64,000 nucleotides of DNA from contig NC_068990.1 of the NCBI RefSeq assembly GCF_001194135.2, forward strand, positions 83,424,671 to 83,488,670. Reading direction: 5' to 3'. Numbering within the stretch: position 1 is the first letter of the stretch; each line of letters opens with the position of its first letter. This document shows positions 39,911 through 50,585 of this stretch, in pieces. The translations under genes and the position numbers were made by a program. The notes under the pieces were generated by a model that did not search any database, had not been told where the DNA came from, and saw only the letters and a list, made by a program, of their open reading frames with translations. Source of the stretch: Octopus bimaculoides (Eukaryota).

Positions 39911-40981
39911 GAGTAAAAAAGAAAAGAGAAAAAAAGAGAGTATATATGTATATATGTAATATATGTATATGTATATATACATATTTATTTGTTTCAGCCA
40001 TCCGATTGCAATCACGCTGGGGCATCACCTTGTGTCTATACACACACACACACACACACACACACATGCTTGTTGTGGCTAAGAAGTTCACTTTGCAACC
40101 ACAAAGATTTGAGTCACGTCACAGCATGTTACCAGGGGTCAGGGTTTTCTGCCCATAACTTCAGATTGACCACACTCATCATCATTGTCAACGTGATATA
40201 ATGTGTGTGTGTCTTCCTTGCTTGCTGGAGTTGAACAGTGACAGGATCTAATGAAATGAAGGATGCATTAAGCGCCAAAGTCCATTTTATAGCATGGTCT
40301 CTCCATGGCTAGGTAGTACTTTCTCAATGGAATTCAGCAGATTGAAACACAGTGTGTGTGTGTGTGTGTATGCATGTAGGTGGGTGTAGTACATCTTTAG
40401 ATTGTTACTTAGCATAACAATACACGTGTGCATGTGCGTGTGTGTGTGTGTGTGTGCATGAGTGTCAGTATTTTTGGTAACAGAGACCTAAAGATCTGTG
40501 TTGTTCTTTATGGTGTCACTTTATGTCAGTTCAAGATATAGTAGTTCAACACACAGAGACTGATCAAATAAAAATCAAACTAAGACAAGTACTATGGTCG
40601 ATACGATTGACTAAAACCTCTTGAAGGTGTTGCCCAAACACGGCAGCAGTCTTAGGACTAAATCCAGCAACAGAATATAAACAAATGCTTACCACACACA
40701 CACACACACACACATATATACCATCATGTAAGCAAAAATATGAAGCATGTACACACACACACACACACACACCACAGAAATTCAGGAATTTAATCAAACC
40801 AACACCCCAACCAGCCAACAATTCAAGACAAACGTTACTTAGCAACTCACAAATACACAACAAAGTGGCTACCAACCTCACTATTTGGAATATATTTGGA
40901 ATAGTTATCTTTGATATCTATTAACAGTTGGTAAATATACACACTGCACACACAAACACTTGTGTATACATACATACATAT

Positions 40982-41012
<31 letters not shown>

Positions 41013-41037
41013 NNNNNNNNNNTACATACATACATAT

Positions 41038-41092
<55 letters not shown>

Positions 41093-41093
41093 A

Positions 41094-41252
41094 TATTATC
41101 ATCATTATCATCACTGTTTTGCCATGCTAGCATGGGTTGAACAGTTTGACTGGGGTCTGGGAAGCCAGGAGGCTGCACCAGGCCCCAATCTGATCCGGCA
41201 GTGTTTCTACAGCTGGATTCCCTTCTTAACGCCGACCACTCCGAGAGCGTAG
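41094..41252 (-). mobile_element. Family D 3' part
   Basis: CATGCTAGCATGGGTTG..AACGCCGACCACTCCGAGAG. Confidence 0.8.
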
Positions 41253-41289
<37 letters not shown>

Positions 41290-41293
<4 letters not shown>

Positions 41294-41587
41294 GGCACGT
41301 TGCTTGTGATCATATGGTCTTGAGTTCGATTTCTGGCACATTGCGTCCTTGAGCAAGACACTTTATTTCAACCTGCTCCAGTCTATTCAGCTGGTAAAAA
41401 AATGAATAGTACCCCTATTTTCAAAGGGCTCGGCTTTGTCACATTCTGTGTCACCCTGAATCTCTCTGAGAACTACATTAAGGGTACATTTGTCTGTGGA
41501 GTGCTCAGCCACTTGTACGTTAATTTCACGAGCAGGCTGTTCTGTCAATTGGATTAACTGGAATCCTCAGCAGTATAACCAATGGAG
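41290..41587 (+). mobile_element. SINE with CORE-like middle and family A-type 3' half
   Basis: CCTTGAGCAAGACACTTTATTTC motif followed by TCAAAGGG..CTGTGGAGTGCTCAGCCACTTG..GGAGTG. Confidence 0.7.
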
Positions 41588-42249
41588 TGAGTGACTGTGT
41601 ATGTGTGTGTGTGTGTGTGCATGTGTGTGTGTGTGTGTATGTGTCCTGGGTATGACCAAACTGCATCCAGTTTTGGATCTTTGGTTTGGGAGTTCGAGAG
41701 TTTTGAAAAGTATGGAACCACCTCTCAGCCACTCTTGTTCCCAGGTCTACCCTGACCTGGAGTGAGATAGCACTTATCTGGGTCCCAGCTAGGAGTTAAC
41801 TAACATATGTGATGACAAGCCATCTGGGCACAGGGACACAGAAATACCTTGGTGTCAGGACATGCAGTAAAACCACCAGGAGTGAGAGACTCAATTTGTT
41901 GTCAGAGCATCTTTCTAAGAGAGGAACATTTGTGTTCTTGTGTGATTGTCATCTTGCATCACCCTGTCACAAGGTATTTATCATGGAGACTCAAGAGTGG
42001 CACTCTTGGTGTACAAGCATTTATCACTATAATCCAGTTATGTCCAGATGTCTCTATGGTGACCTCATTTGTCATTCTATCAAGTGAAAGTCCTACAGCG
42101 TCGGAAGAAATGGCAACATGTGCAGACCGAAGCAGATGGAAGCACATAGTATATTACGACTTTCATCTGTCACCTATGCTTCAAATGATGTAGATCTGAA
42201 CAGGACTAGTCACCTGAGAGGTCGTGAATGGAAAGTTAAAAATGCCAAA

Positions 42250-42480
42250 TGCCATTGACTACGAGGAAGCAAAATATGATTGAGCCATCAACATATTACT
42301 CTGTTGTTTGGGGAATCACTAAGGAAACTAAGAGTAGATGAATGGCTTGTGGCTGCCACACATGCTATGTATAAAGGAGCAGCCAGCAGAGGGGTAAGAA
42401 TTAGAAATGGGCTCAGCAATATATTTAGTGAGCAGGTAGAAATACACCAAGCTAAGTTCTCCTACTCACTGAACCATACT
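42250..42480 (+). mobile_element. RTE-type LINE reverse transcriptase remnant
   Basis: IDYEEA.YD followed by SLRKLRVDEWLVAATHAMYKGAASRGVRIRNGLSNIFSEQVEIHQ, resembling the RT segment between the D..KAFD and G..QG motifs. Confidence 0.75.
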
Positions 42481-42769
42481 TCCCATCAAAACTAAGAAGG
42501 AACATCAGTGGAGCTGACCAGTCCTTTCATCTCTGTAACACTCATTCTGCCTCTCACTTTCTGTGCAAAGAAAGGACGACATAGAAACCACCATATTCAA
42601 TCTCTACTCAAAGCCTGACAACAGCAGAGTTTGAACTCAGAATGTAAGAATCTGGAAGAAATACTGCAAAGCATTTTATCAGTGTGTTAAAAACTCTGCC
42701 ATTAACAAAGGAAAGTGCTTTAGTTTGTTGGGAGTGTGTAACTGTAGGGAACAAATCTAACACAATAAA

Positions 42770-42990
42770 TCATCATCATCATTGTTTAACGTCTGCTTTC
42801 CATGCTGGCATGGGTTGGACGATTTGACTGAGGACTGGCGAACTAGATGGCTGCACCAGGCTCCAATCTGATCTGGCAGAGTTTCTACAGCTGGATGCCC
42901 TTCCTAACGCCAACCACTCCGAGAGTGTGGTGTGTGCTTTTACATGCCACCGGCACAAGGGCCAGTCAGGCGGTACTGGCAACGGCCACG
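42770..42990 (-). mobile_element. Family D retroposon
   Basis: Near-consensus copy. Confidence 0.88.
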
Positions 42991-43159
42991 GAATGATCAG
43001 GAAGAGGGAGTTCTTTTCTTCTAGCATAAGAAATAAAACATGTCCGACACCTACAAATTTCAACAGATTATGAAAAAAAAAAACATCTCTATACAATATT
43101 TGGAACTCAACCTTCTCAACAATCAGTGATAGGCTATTATTAAACCTCGAATCTGACTC

Positions 43160-43450
43160 GGTGGTGAGGTTAAGAACTTTGCTGTATAGCAACATAGTTT
43201 TGGGGGTTGTCCAACAGCACAGCACCTTAAGTAAATGTCTTCGACTACATCCCAGATTGACCAAAGCCTTATGAGTGGATGTGATAGATGGAAACTGAAA
43301 TAAACCTACCGTGTGTGTGTGTGTGTGCAAGCAGGTGTGTGCGTCTGTGTTTATCCCTTCCACTATCACTTGACAACCAATAGAATAAGTACTAGGCTTA
43401 CAAAGAATAAGTCCTGGGGCAGTCAAATGACAGAAACAAGTAAAAGAAGA
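43160..43450 (+). mobile_element. SINE family C, diverged with internal deletions
   Basis: GACCAAAGCCTTATGAGTGGAT..ATAGAATAAGTACTAGGCTTACAAAGAATAAGTCCTGGGG. Confidence 0.7.
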
Positions 43451-43461
43451 AAGGAATATAG

Positions 43462-43552
<91 letters not shown>

Positions 43553-44198
43553 TATAGTACAAATGAAAGGCAGGTGCATATGAATTTGAAGGAAGTACTC
43601 ATGTTCCCAACCCATATCACAATAAGACTGACTGCTCTGCCTTTGTGATATGGCCTAACACAAACAATCTCAAGTGTTTAGTTCAAGATTCGACAAGTCT
43701 CTAAAAGTCAATACGGTTGGGTACCTAAAAGAACTTAATGAATGATAAAGTACAAAGATGGAGGTGCAAGTTTTGCCACCAGAGGTGAGATATCAATGGT
43801 TAGCAACTAGATACACAGTTTCCTACCTGGTTGGCATTAATTAGCCTTAGGAAGGATAGCAGAATTAGCGATTCATGAAATAGAAAGGGTATCAGAGAAT
43901 GCTTCCTTGTGTTTATAACAGAGGTCTGTGAGAGAAAGATCAACAATGATAGAAAATTCTTGAAAAACAAAATAGATGCGGCTTAGTTGGAATGGTTAGT
44001 GCTACATTTGGTTTGCTGTGGACATTACATGGATAATGGAAAGGGAAAACATGCTACAGATTGGGGCCCAAAAGAACCTGGAAACCTCTTGGTGGCATCA
44101 ATGCTGCATGGTGCTCTATGGGGGCAGGCAGGAATACACTTGAAAGATGACAGAAATGTTCATCTCCATTCAGTAGCAAACTGCATGCAACATAAATA

Positions 44199-44241
<43 letters not shown>

Positions 44242-44762
44242 ATAAATCAGTAAAAAGATATCCAATGTAATCCGGTCGGTAATCCAGTGTAAAGTTCCAA
44301 GATGAAAATCAAAGTTGGGGACCCAAGGTCAAATCTGAGGAAATCCACATAAAGAGTTTTATACACAAAACATTTAAAAGAACACAGGATCAATAAAGTT
44401 TGGCAAAGCACTTCAATGAAAAAAGAGAGTACGTTAACATTTCAGGCATTTTCTTTCTTCTCAGTACCATCTTGCTTTTTCGCCTTCATGATTTAAGCTA
44501 CTTCATCATCTTGGACTGTGCCATCCTCCCTGGCACCTTTTTCATCATCTCGATTCTTTACTAAATTCATGAAATTTTTTTTACCATTTTATTTGACTTT
44601 CTTCCCATCACAGAATTCAAACAAATTTCTCTCACTCTGAAATTTTGTCATAAAATGTCTCTCATTTTTTCATAGCTATGCACCTGAAAGTCGTCTAAGA
44701 GTCCATAAGTCTGGGAAAAAGATGCACTCGTATATCTGTCAATAGAGTGAGTATATTATCTG

Positions 44763-45040
44763 AAATGTACAGTATTATACATCCATCATGGTTGATCTTA
44801 CCAATCAGTTTTGTGCAAGGCATACAATGGAGTGTTAGGTAACAATCTGATTATATAACCTTACGCTCCTCAGAGTCAGCTGATATGGAAGGGAATATGG
44901 TGCCATACTCCCTTCCATATCAGCTAACTCTGAAGAGCGTAAGGTTATAGAATCAGATTGTTACCTAACATTCCATTGTATTCTTTGCACAAAACCAATT
45001 GTTAAAATCAGCTGCAATGACTGCATAATACTGTACATTT
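44763..45040. repeat. Long palindrome (~138-bp arms, 2-nt loop), foldback/MITE-like
   Basis: AAATGTACAGTATTAT...GGGAATATGG-TG-CCATACTCCC...ATAATACTGTACATTT. Pairing holds without indels across the full length, with mismatches concentrated in the outer arms. Confidence 0.92.
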
Positions 45041-45045
45041 TGCAT

Positions 45046-45076
<31 letters not shown>

Positions 45077-46098
45077 TTATATATTGTGAAGATTGACAAG
45101 GGAGCAGACAAATTACCATTTTAATACAATTAAAATGGTTTCTGGCACCATGGCAAAAAAAAAAGAAATTTCGTTTTGTCTTCTCTTTAGGAATTAGCAA
45201 AGGAGCAACAGATTTGGGAAATCACTTACTTAAGCCTTGCTCAAAATGCCTTTTGGTATTTTCTCCAGATCTTTACATTGTGAGATTCTTTGCTTCTCGT
45301 TTTTCCAGGGTCAATAAATAATAATTACTAGTTAGATATTGGGGTCAAATACAATCGACTACACCCCCTCCTGCACATTCTAGGTCTTGTACCCATGTAA
45401 GAAATCATTAATAAAGAGAGAGAAATGGAGGGAAAATGTCCATCGTTAATGGGAGAGTTGTCAGTCAGTTTGAGAAACACTGATTGAATTTGTGGGGGGT
45501 TTTTTTCAGAAAGGGGTCAATGGCGAAATACATGGAGCCGAGGGAGTAAATGGCTGAGCAGGGTTGAGAATTAATGGATTAAAGTGTTTTCAACGGAAAT
45601 GATTTGTTGAAATACTGGTTCCAGTTTGTCTGTGAGAAGAGCGACACATCAGTGACGGGGAAACTAGAGCAATGAAAGAGAAAGGGAATGATTTGAAGGA
45701 CGATCGAAAGGAAACAATATAGAAAAGATGAGAGAGACAGAGATTCAATCAATTGTAAGGGAAGAAGGGGGAAAAAAGGCAAACAGTAAGAAATAAGAAA
45801 GGGAAAAAAAAACAGACGAGAAAACAAATTGAAAATTATATATGAATCTTAGAAAGGGAATGCGAACGAGTATGATGGCATGGAAGAGGAAAGAAAAAGG
45901 GTTGAGAGAGAGAGAGAGCGTAATATGTTATAGTGAGAGACAGAGAAAAAGAATCAATGGTGAATGGTAAAAAAATGGAGTGAAGAGGAGAGAGAAAAGG
46001 AAATATGTCGGGATATGAATGAAGGTGAGAAGTGAAGAGAGGAAATGATAGGGGGAAATAAAGCGAAGAGCAAAGAAGGAGAAGAGTTAAAGATGTAT

Positions 46099-46099
<1 letters not shown>

Positions 46100-46137
<38 letters not shown>

Positions 46138-46521
46138 ACAAAATGAAAGGAGGGGAGAAAGATAGAAAGGATACGTCAAAGGACAAACGAAATTCAGAAC
46201 ATGTAGATAAGAAAAAAAAATAGATTGAAAAAGGAGAAATAAGAAAAAAATGAGGTGAAAGAGAGAGAAAAACGGTTAGGAAGATGGGAATGAGTGACAG
46301 AGAGGTGACGAAAGGAAAGATAAAAGAGAGCAATCAAGAGAACAGGCAGGCAGACAGGCAGAAAGGCAGACAGACAGACAGACATGTAGGCAGAAAGGCA
46401 GGCAGAAAGGCAGACAGGCAGGCAGACGGGCAGGTAGGCAGACAGGCAGACAGGAAGAGAGACAAGCAGATAGGCAGATAGATAGATAGATAGACAGACG
46501 GACGGACGGACAGGCAATCAT

Positions 46522-46573
<52 letters not shown>

Positions 46574-46600
46574 ATAGACAGATGTGAAGGACAGACAGAA
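46100..46600. repeat. Compound microsatellite (GA)n, (GGCA/GACA)n, (GATA)n, (GACG)n
   Basis: Directly visible. Confidence 0.9.
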
Positions 46601-47545
46601 AGAGAGAAGAGAGGAAGTGATACAAGACTGAAAGATAGAAATGGGGGTAAGATTGGGGAGGGTGAAATTGAGAGAGAAAAAAAAGAGGATTCAGGAAATA
46701 AGAGAGGAAAAAACAAAAAAGAAAGAGAAGAGGGTAAACGATGGAGAGAAAGAGAGAGAGAGAGAGAGAGGAAGAGAATTAGACGGAAAGCTAAAAAGGG
46801 AAATAAGAGTGTATTAGAGTACAGCTGCTGCCAGCAGACAGCTGAGGAGGACAAGAATTCCCGCTCCACCATACAACAACATCGCTGTTGCTAGGTTTAA
46901 GTAAATCTGGCGCGGACTTCTGATAATGGTACCGCTGATGGTGGTGGTGGTGGTGTTAGATAGTGCAGTAGTAGATAGTGATGGTGTTGGTGGTGGTAGA
47001 GGTGGTTATAATAGTGCTTAAAGTATAATAGTAGTGATATGGTTGTTCTTTTTTTTTGCCTTAGGTCAAATTTTTTTCGATCACTCTTGAAATGTAAAGA
47101 TATTCCATTCATGACCATCCCGCGTATTTTTGCTGTAAAAAGAATAAATTGCGTAGGAAAACAATCTAATGTGTCTGCCTGCTTCTTGTTCAACACAGAG
47201 GAGTGAGGTTCGAGAAAGAATTACAGGCTGCTGTTTCTAGCAGGTCGAGTGACCTCATAGACGCCCTACCTCGCTGCTGTGGTGGTCGTGGTGATGGTGG
47301 TGGTGGTGGTGGTTGATAGTGATCGAGTTTTAATAGTTTATAGGCGGGATGATGATAGTAGTGGTTGTGGGGGTAATGTTAGTGAGGTGGCATTGGTGAC
47401 GAGATGGTGTTACAGTGGCAACTGGGATTATAAAGTTACAAATAGTGATGCGGTTATTTTGGTACAGGCAGTAGTTGTAGTAGCTACGACTCAAGTAGAC
47501 CTTGATCAAAGGCGTTCCAACCACGCCTGTACCGACTTGTATAAA

Positions 47546-47583
<38 letters not shown>

Positions 47584-48820
47584 CTGGGATCACATAGCAA
47601 ACGGAACCTTCGTTGTGTAGGACGTGATTTGAAGACTTGGCAGCTACGTATTAACAGGTCGAGCGAATACATAGAGGCATGCATCTTCAGTTGTGGTGAT
47701 GGTGGTGGTGGTGGTGTTTTAGTGGTTATAGCAATACAGTTATTTATTAGTTGTAGTCATAGTGGTAAATATTTATCACTGTGGTAGTCGTAGTGAAACA
47801 GTAGTCGCTATGATGGTGGGGAGAGTGTAGGCTGTAGTGATTGCTCAGTGGGGCACTGCAGATGTAAGATATACGACCCAGGTCAATCCTGATCGAGCAG
47901 AATTATGAGCTAAACTATCGCAATCGTGAACAACCAGGTTTATCATTTTAGGGGTGTATAGTCGTACAGTTTCTTATGAGTCCTCTCCTTACTAAACGGA
48001 AGGACTTAGTTCGAGGGAAATATGACCGCTTTTTCTAGCAGGTCGAGAGAGAGAGACCACTTAGAGGTGGTCACTGACTCAAGATAGCAATAGTAATAGT
48101 CGAAGTGGAGGAGGTGGTAGTATTTTGGAGGTGGTAATGGTAGATATAGAGATACTAGTAGTGGTGGTGGTCGTCGTCGTCGTCGTCGCTGATGCTAGAC
48201 TGACTGTGTTGCCTGGTTTAACATCAACCCCTGATCTTCAGCGGGTACTTTAATCAGAATACATGCGAAGGTAAAGAATACGCACAACCGGTGTTTAGGG
48301 TTCGAGTAACGCTTTAGGGTTAGGCCGAAAACGGGTGGTGTGCGTAGTCTTTACCTCTGCTAGAATACAACTCTGAAGCAAGCATTCGGACCAGGTCTCC
48401 GGTTTAGGAACACCGTCCTGTCTCCCAACCAAAGGCCCAGAATATGTTGTAGACACTGCCTCCTCCGCACTTTCTTAAAAACATTACCGGGTATAGACAT
48501 GGCTGGGGTAAGAAGTTTGCCTCCCAAACACAGTTCCGAGGTCAGTCCCACAGAAGAACAAAATACGTTCAACCATGGCCGCGGGCCGACCAAAGCCTTG
48601 TGGATTTGATAGACGGGAACTGAAAGAACATGCCATGTGTGTGTTCTCCACTACTGCTTGACAATTGGAAAAAGGTTTGATTACATTCCTGTAACTTAGC
48701 AGTTGGGCAAAGGTAACTGATACAATAAGAAAATAAATACTGGGATTGTTACATTCAACTCAGGCTGTGCCCCAGCATGGCCACTGTCTAATGACCTAAA
48801 CAAGTAAATGTAAGTTCATA

Positions 48821-49216
48821 GGCGCAGGCGTGGCTGTGTGGTAAGTAGCTTGCTTTCCAACCACATGGTTCTGTGTTCAGTCCCACTGCCTGGCACCTTG
48901 GGCAAGTGTCTTCTACTATAGCCTCGGGCCAGCCAAAGCCTTGTGAGTGGATATGGTAGACGGAAACTGAAAGAAGCCCATCGTATATATGTATATATAT
49001 GTATGTGTGTGTATGTTTGTGTGTCTGTCTTCTCCCCATCATCGCTTAACAACCGATGCTGGTGTGTTTTCGTCCCCTGTAACTTAGCGGTTCGGCAAAA
49101 AGAGACTGATAGAATAAGTACTAAGCTTACAAAGAATAAGTCTTGAGGTCGATTTGCTCGACTAAAGGCGGTGCTCCAGCATGGCCGCAGTCAAAGGACT
49201 GAAACAAGTAAAAGAG
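48821..49216 (+). mobile_element. SINE family C, full length
   Basis: Collinear with the other C copies. CpGs are largely intact. Confidence 0.9.
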
Positions 49217-49218
49217 TA

Positions 49219-49254
<36 letters not shown>

Positions 49255-49460
49255 GCCCTCCTGACAAAATGTTTAGTCACATTTCTTCTGGCTCTATATG
49301 TTCAGAGTTCAAATTCTGCTGAGGTTGACTTTGCCTTCCATCCTTTCAGGGTCGATGAAATAAGTACCGGTTGAGAACTGGGGGTTGATGTAATCGACTA
49401 GCACACTCCCCCAGAGATTTCAGGCCTTGCGCCTATAGCTGGAAGGATTATTATTATTAT
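49255..49460 (+). mobile_element. SINE family E variant ending in (TTA)n
   Basis: Central domain GGTTGACTTTGCCTTCCATCCTTTCAGGGTCGATGAAATAAGTACC, with 3' end CAGGCCTTG.GCCTATAG..AAGGA(TTA)n. Confidence 0.8.
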
Positions 49461-49490
49461 TTTTATGATTATGATTATTATTATTATTAT

Positions 49491-49636
49491 TATTATTCAG
49501 ATCACTGCTTGGAATCGAACTCAGAATCTTGGGTTAGTAGCCTGCGCTCTTAACCACTATGCCAAATGCCCGTGGGCATAGTGGTTAAGAGCGCAGGCTA
49601 CTAACTCCAAGATTCCGAGTTCAATTCCACGCAATG

Positions 49637-49650
<14 letters not shown>
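49491..49650. mobile_element. Palindrome of two divergent tRNA-like (Pol III A/B box) heads
   Basis: 49511-49563 is the reverse complement of 49575-49628 (GGCATAGTGGTTAAGAGCGCAGGCTACTAAC..GAGTTCAATTCC), with an 11-nt loop, a few mismatches and one indel. The symmetry continues outward into (TTA)n/(TAA)n. Confidence 0.85.
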
Positions 49651-49675
<25 letters not shown>

Positions 49676-49732
49676 GTAATAATATCGAAAAATACCTTAG
49701 GAATGAGAACCCAGTTTCAAAATTTCCCCAAG

Positions 49733-49776
49733 ACACCTGAAGAAGGCTGGAGGGTATATCAGCCGAAACAATGTGT
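49733..49776 (+). ncRNA. Minimal type I hammerhead ribozyme motif (Penelope-type), degenerate at cleavage site
   Basis: ACAC-CTGAAGA-A-GGCTG-(10 nt loop)-CAGCC-GAAA-CAAT-GTGT. Core CUGANGA and GAAA are present, stem II is GGCUG/CAGCC and stem I is ACAC/GUGU. Position 16.1 is A instead of U. Confidence 0.6.
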
Positions 49777-49938
49777 TAACAACAAACAAGATGAGGACAA
49801 ATATCCGTCAAATGTAAATAATGTAAATAATATACATAATTCCTCATCTCTTAAATACAGAATTGTATTGGAGTTGATGTAATCAACTAGGCCCCTCCTC
49901 CAAAATTTCAGGCCTTGTACCTATAGCAGAAAGGATTA

Positions 49939-49971
<33 letters not shown>

Positions 49972-50467
49972 CACCCATTCTATTAATATATGAATGCCTG
50001 TTTTGTATGTATATCTATTTTGTGCCTGTGGTTGTACAGGTATGAACTAGCCCTTATTCAGAGCTGCTGCCTTTCCAGAAGAGACAGAGGACCACTCATC
50101 ACTCATGCATTCCATTTTTTGCATAGTCTCTATAACTCTTAGTGGAAATACCACCAATATTCTCAGTTTCTTGAGTGCATGCGTGTGTGTGTGTATACGT
50201 GTATGTGTGCATGCAAATGTGTGTGTATTTATGTCTGTGTTCAAGTCAGTCTAATACCTAGTGTTGTTTATTTTGGCCCTCTGCATTCAGTAACTTTACA
50301 AGTTTAGCAAATAGAGATCAATAATATTGAATAATATAACTACTAGTCTAAAGTTAAGACTGACTGATGCAGTTAACTAAACTCTTGAAAGTAGTGCCTT
50401 GGTGTAGCTGCAGCCCAAAAGACTGGGGCTCAAAAATGAATAAGAAAAACTATATAATACCTGATTG

Positions 50468-50585
50468 AGACCATTTTATTTTGATAGCACTGTTTCTAAA
50501 CTGGTCACAGAAGTTAAGCAACGTCAAACCTAGTCAGTACTTAGAGGTGGTGGAGGGGCAGCTAGTGAAACATAGGTGATGTAGG
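50468..50585 (+). pseudogene. Degenerate 5S rRNA-derived sequence (SINE3-type head or 5S pseudogene)
   Basis: CCAT..TTGATAGCACTGTTTCT..GGTCACAGAAGTTAAGCAACGTCAAACCTAGTCAGTACTTAGA..GGTGATGTAG is collinear with invertebrate 5S rRNA as I recall it, including the exact 16-mer GAAGTTAAGCAACGTC (box A region) and GTACTT (box C region). Confidence 0.8.

Noticed and set aside
49575-49640. Functional tRNA gene
   Set aside because: It has A/B boxes but no convincing acceptor stem or full cloverleaf, and it is embedded in a repeat cassette.
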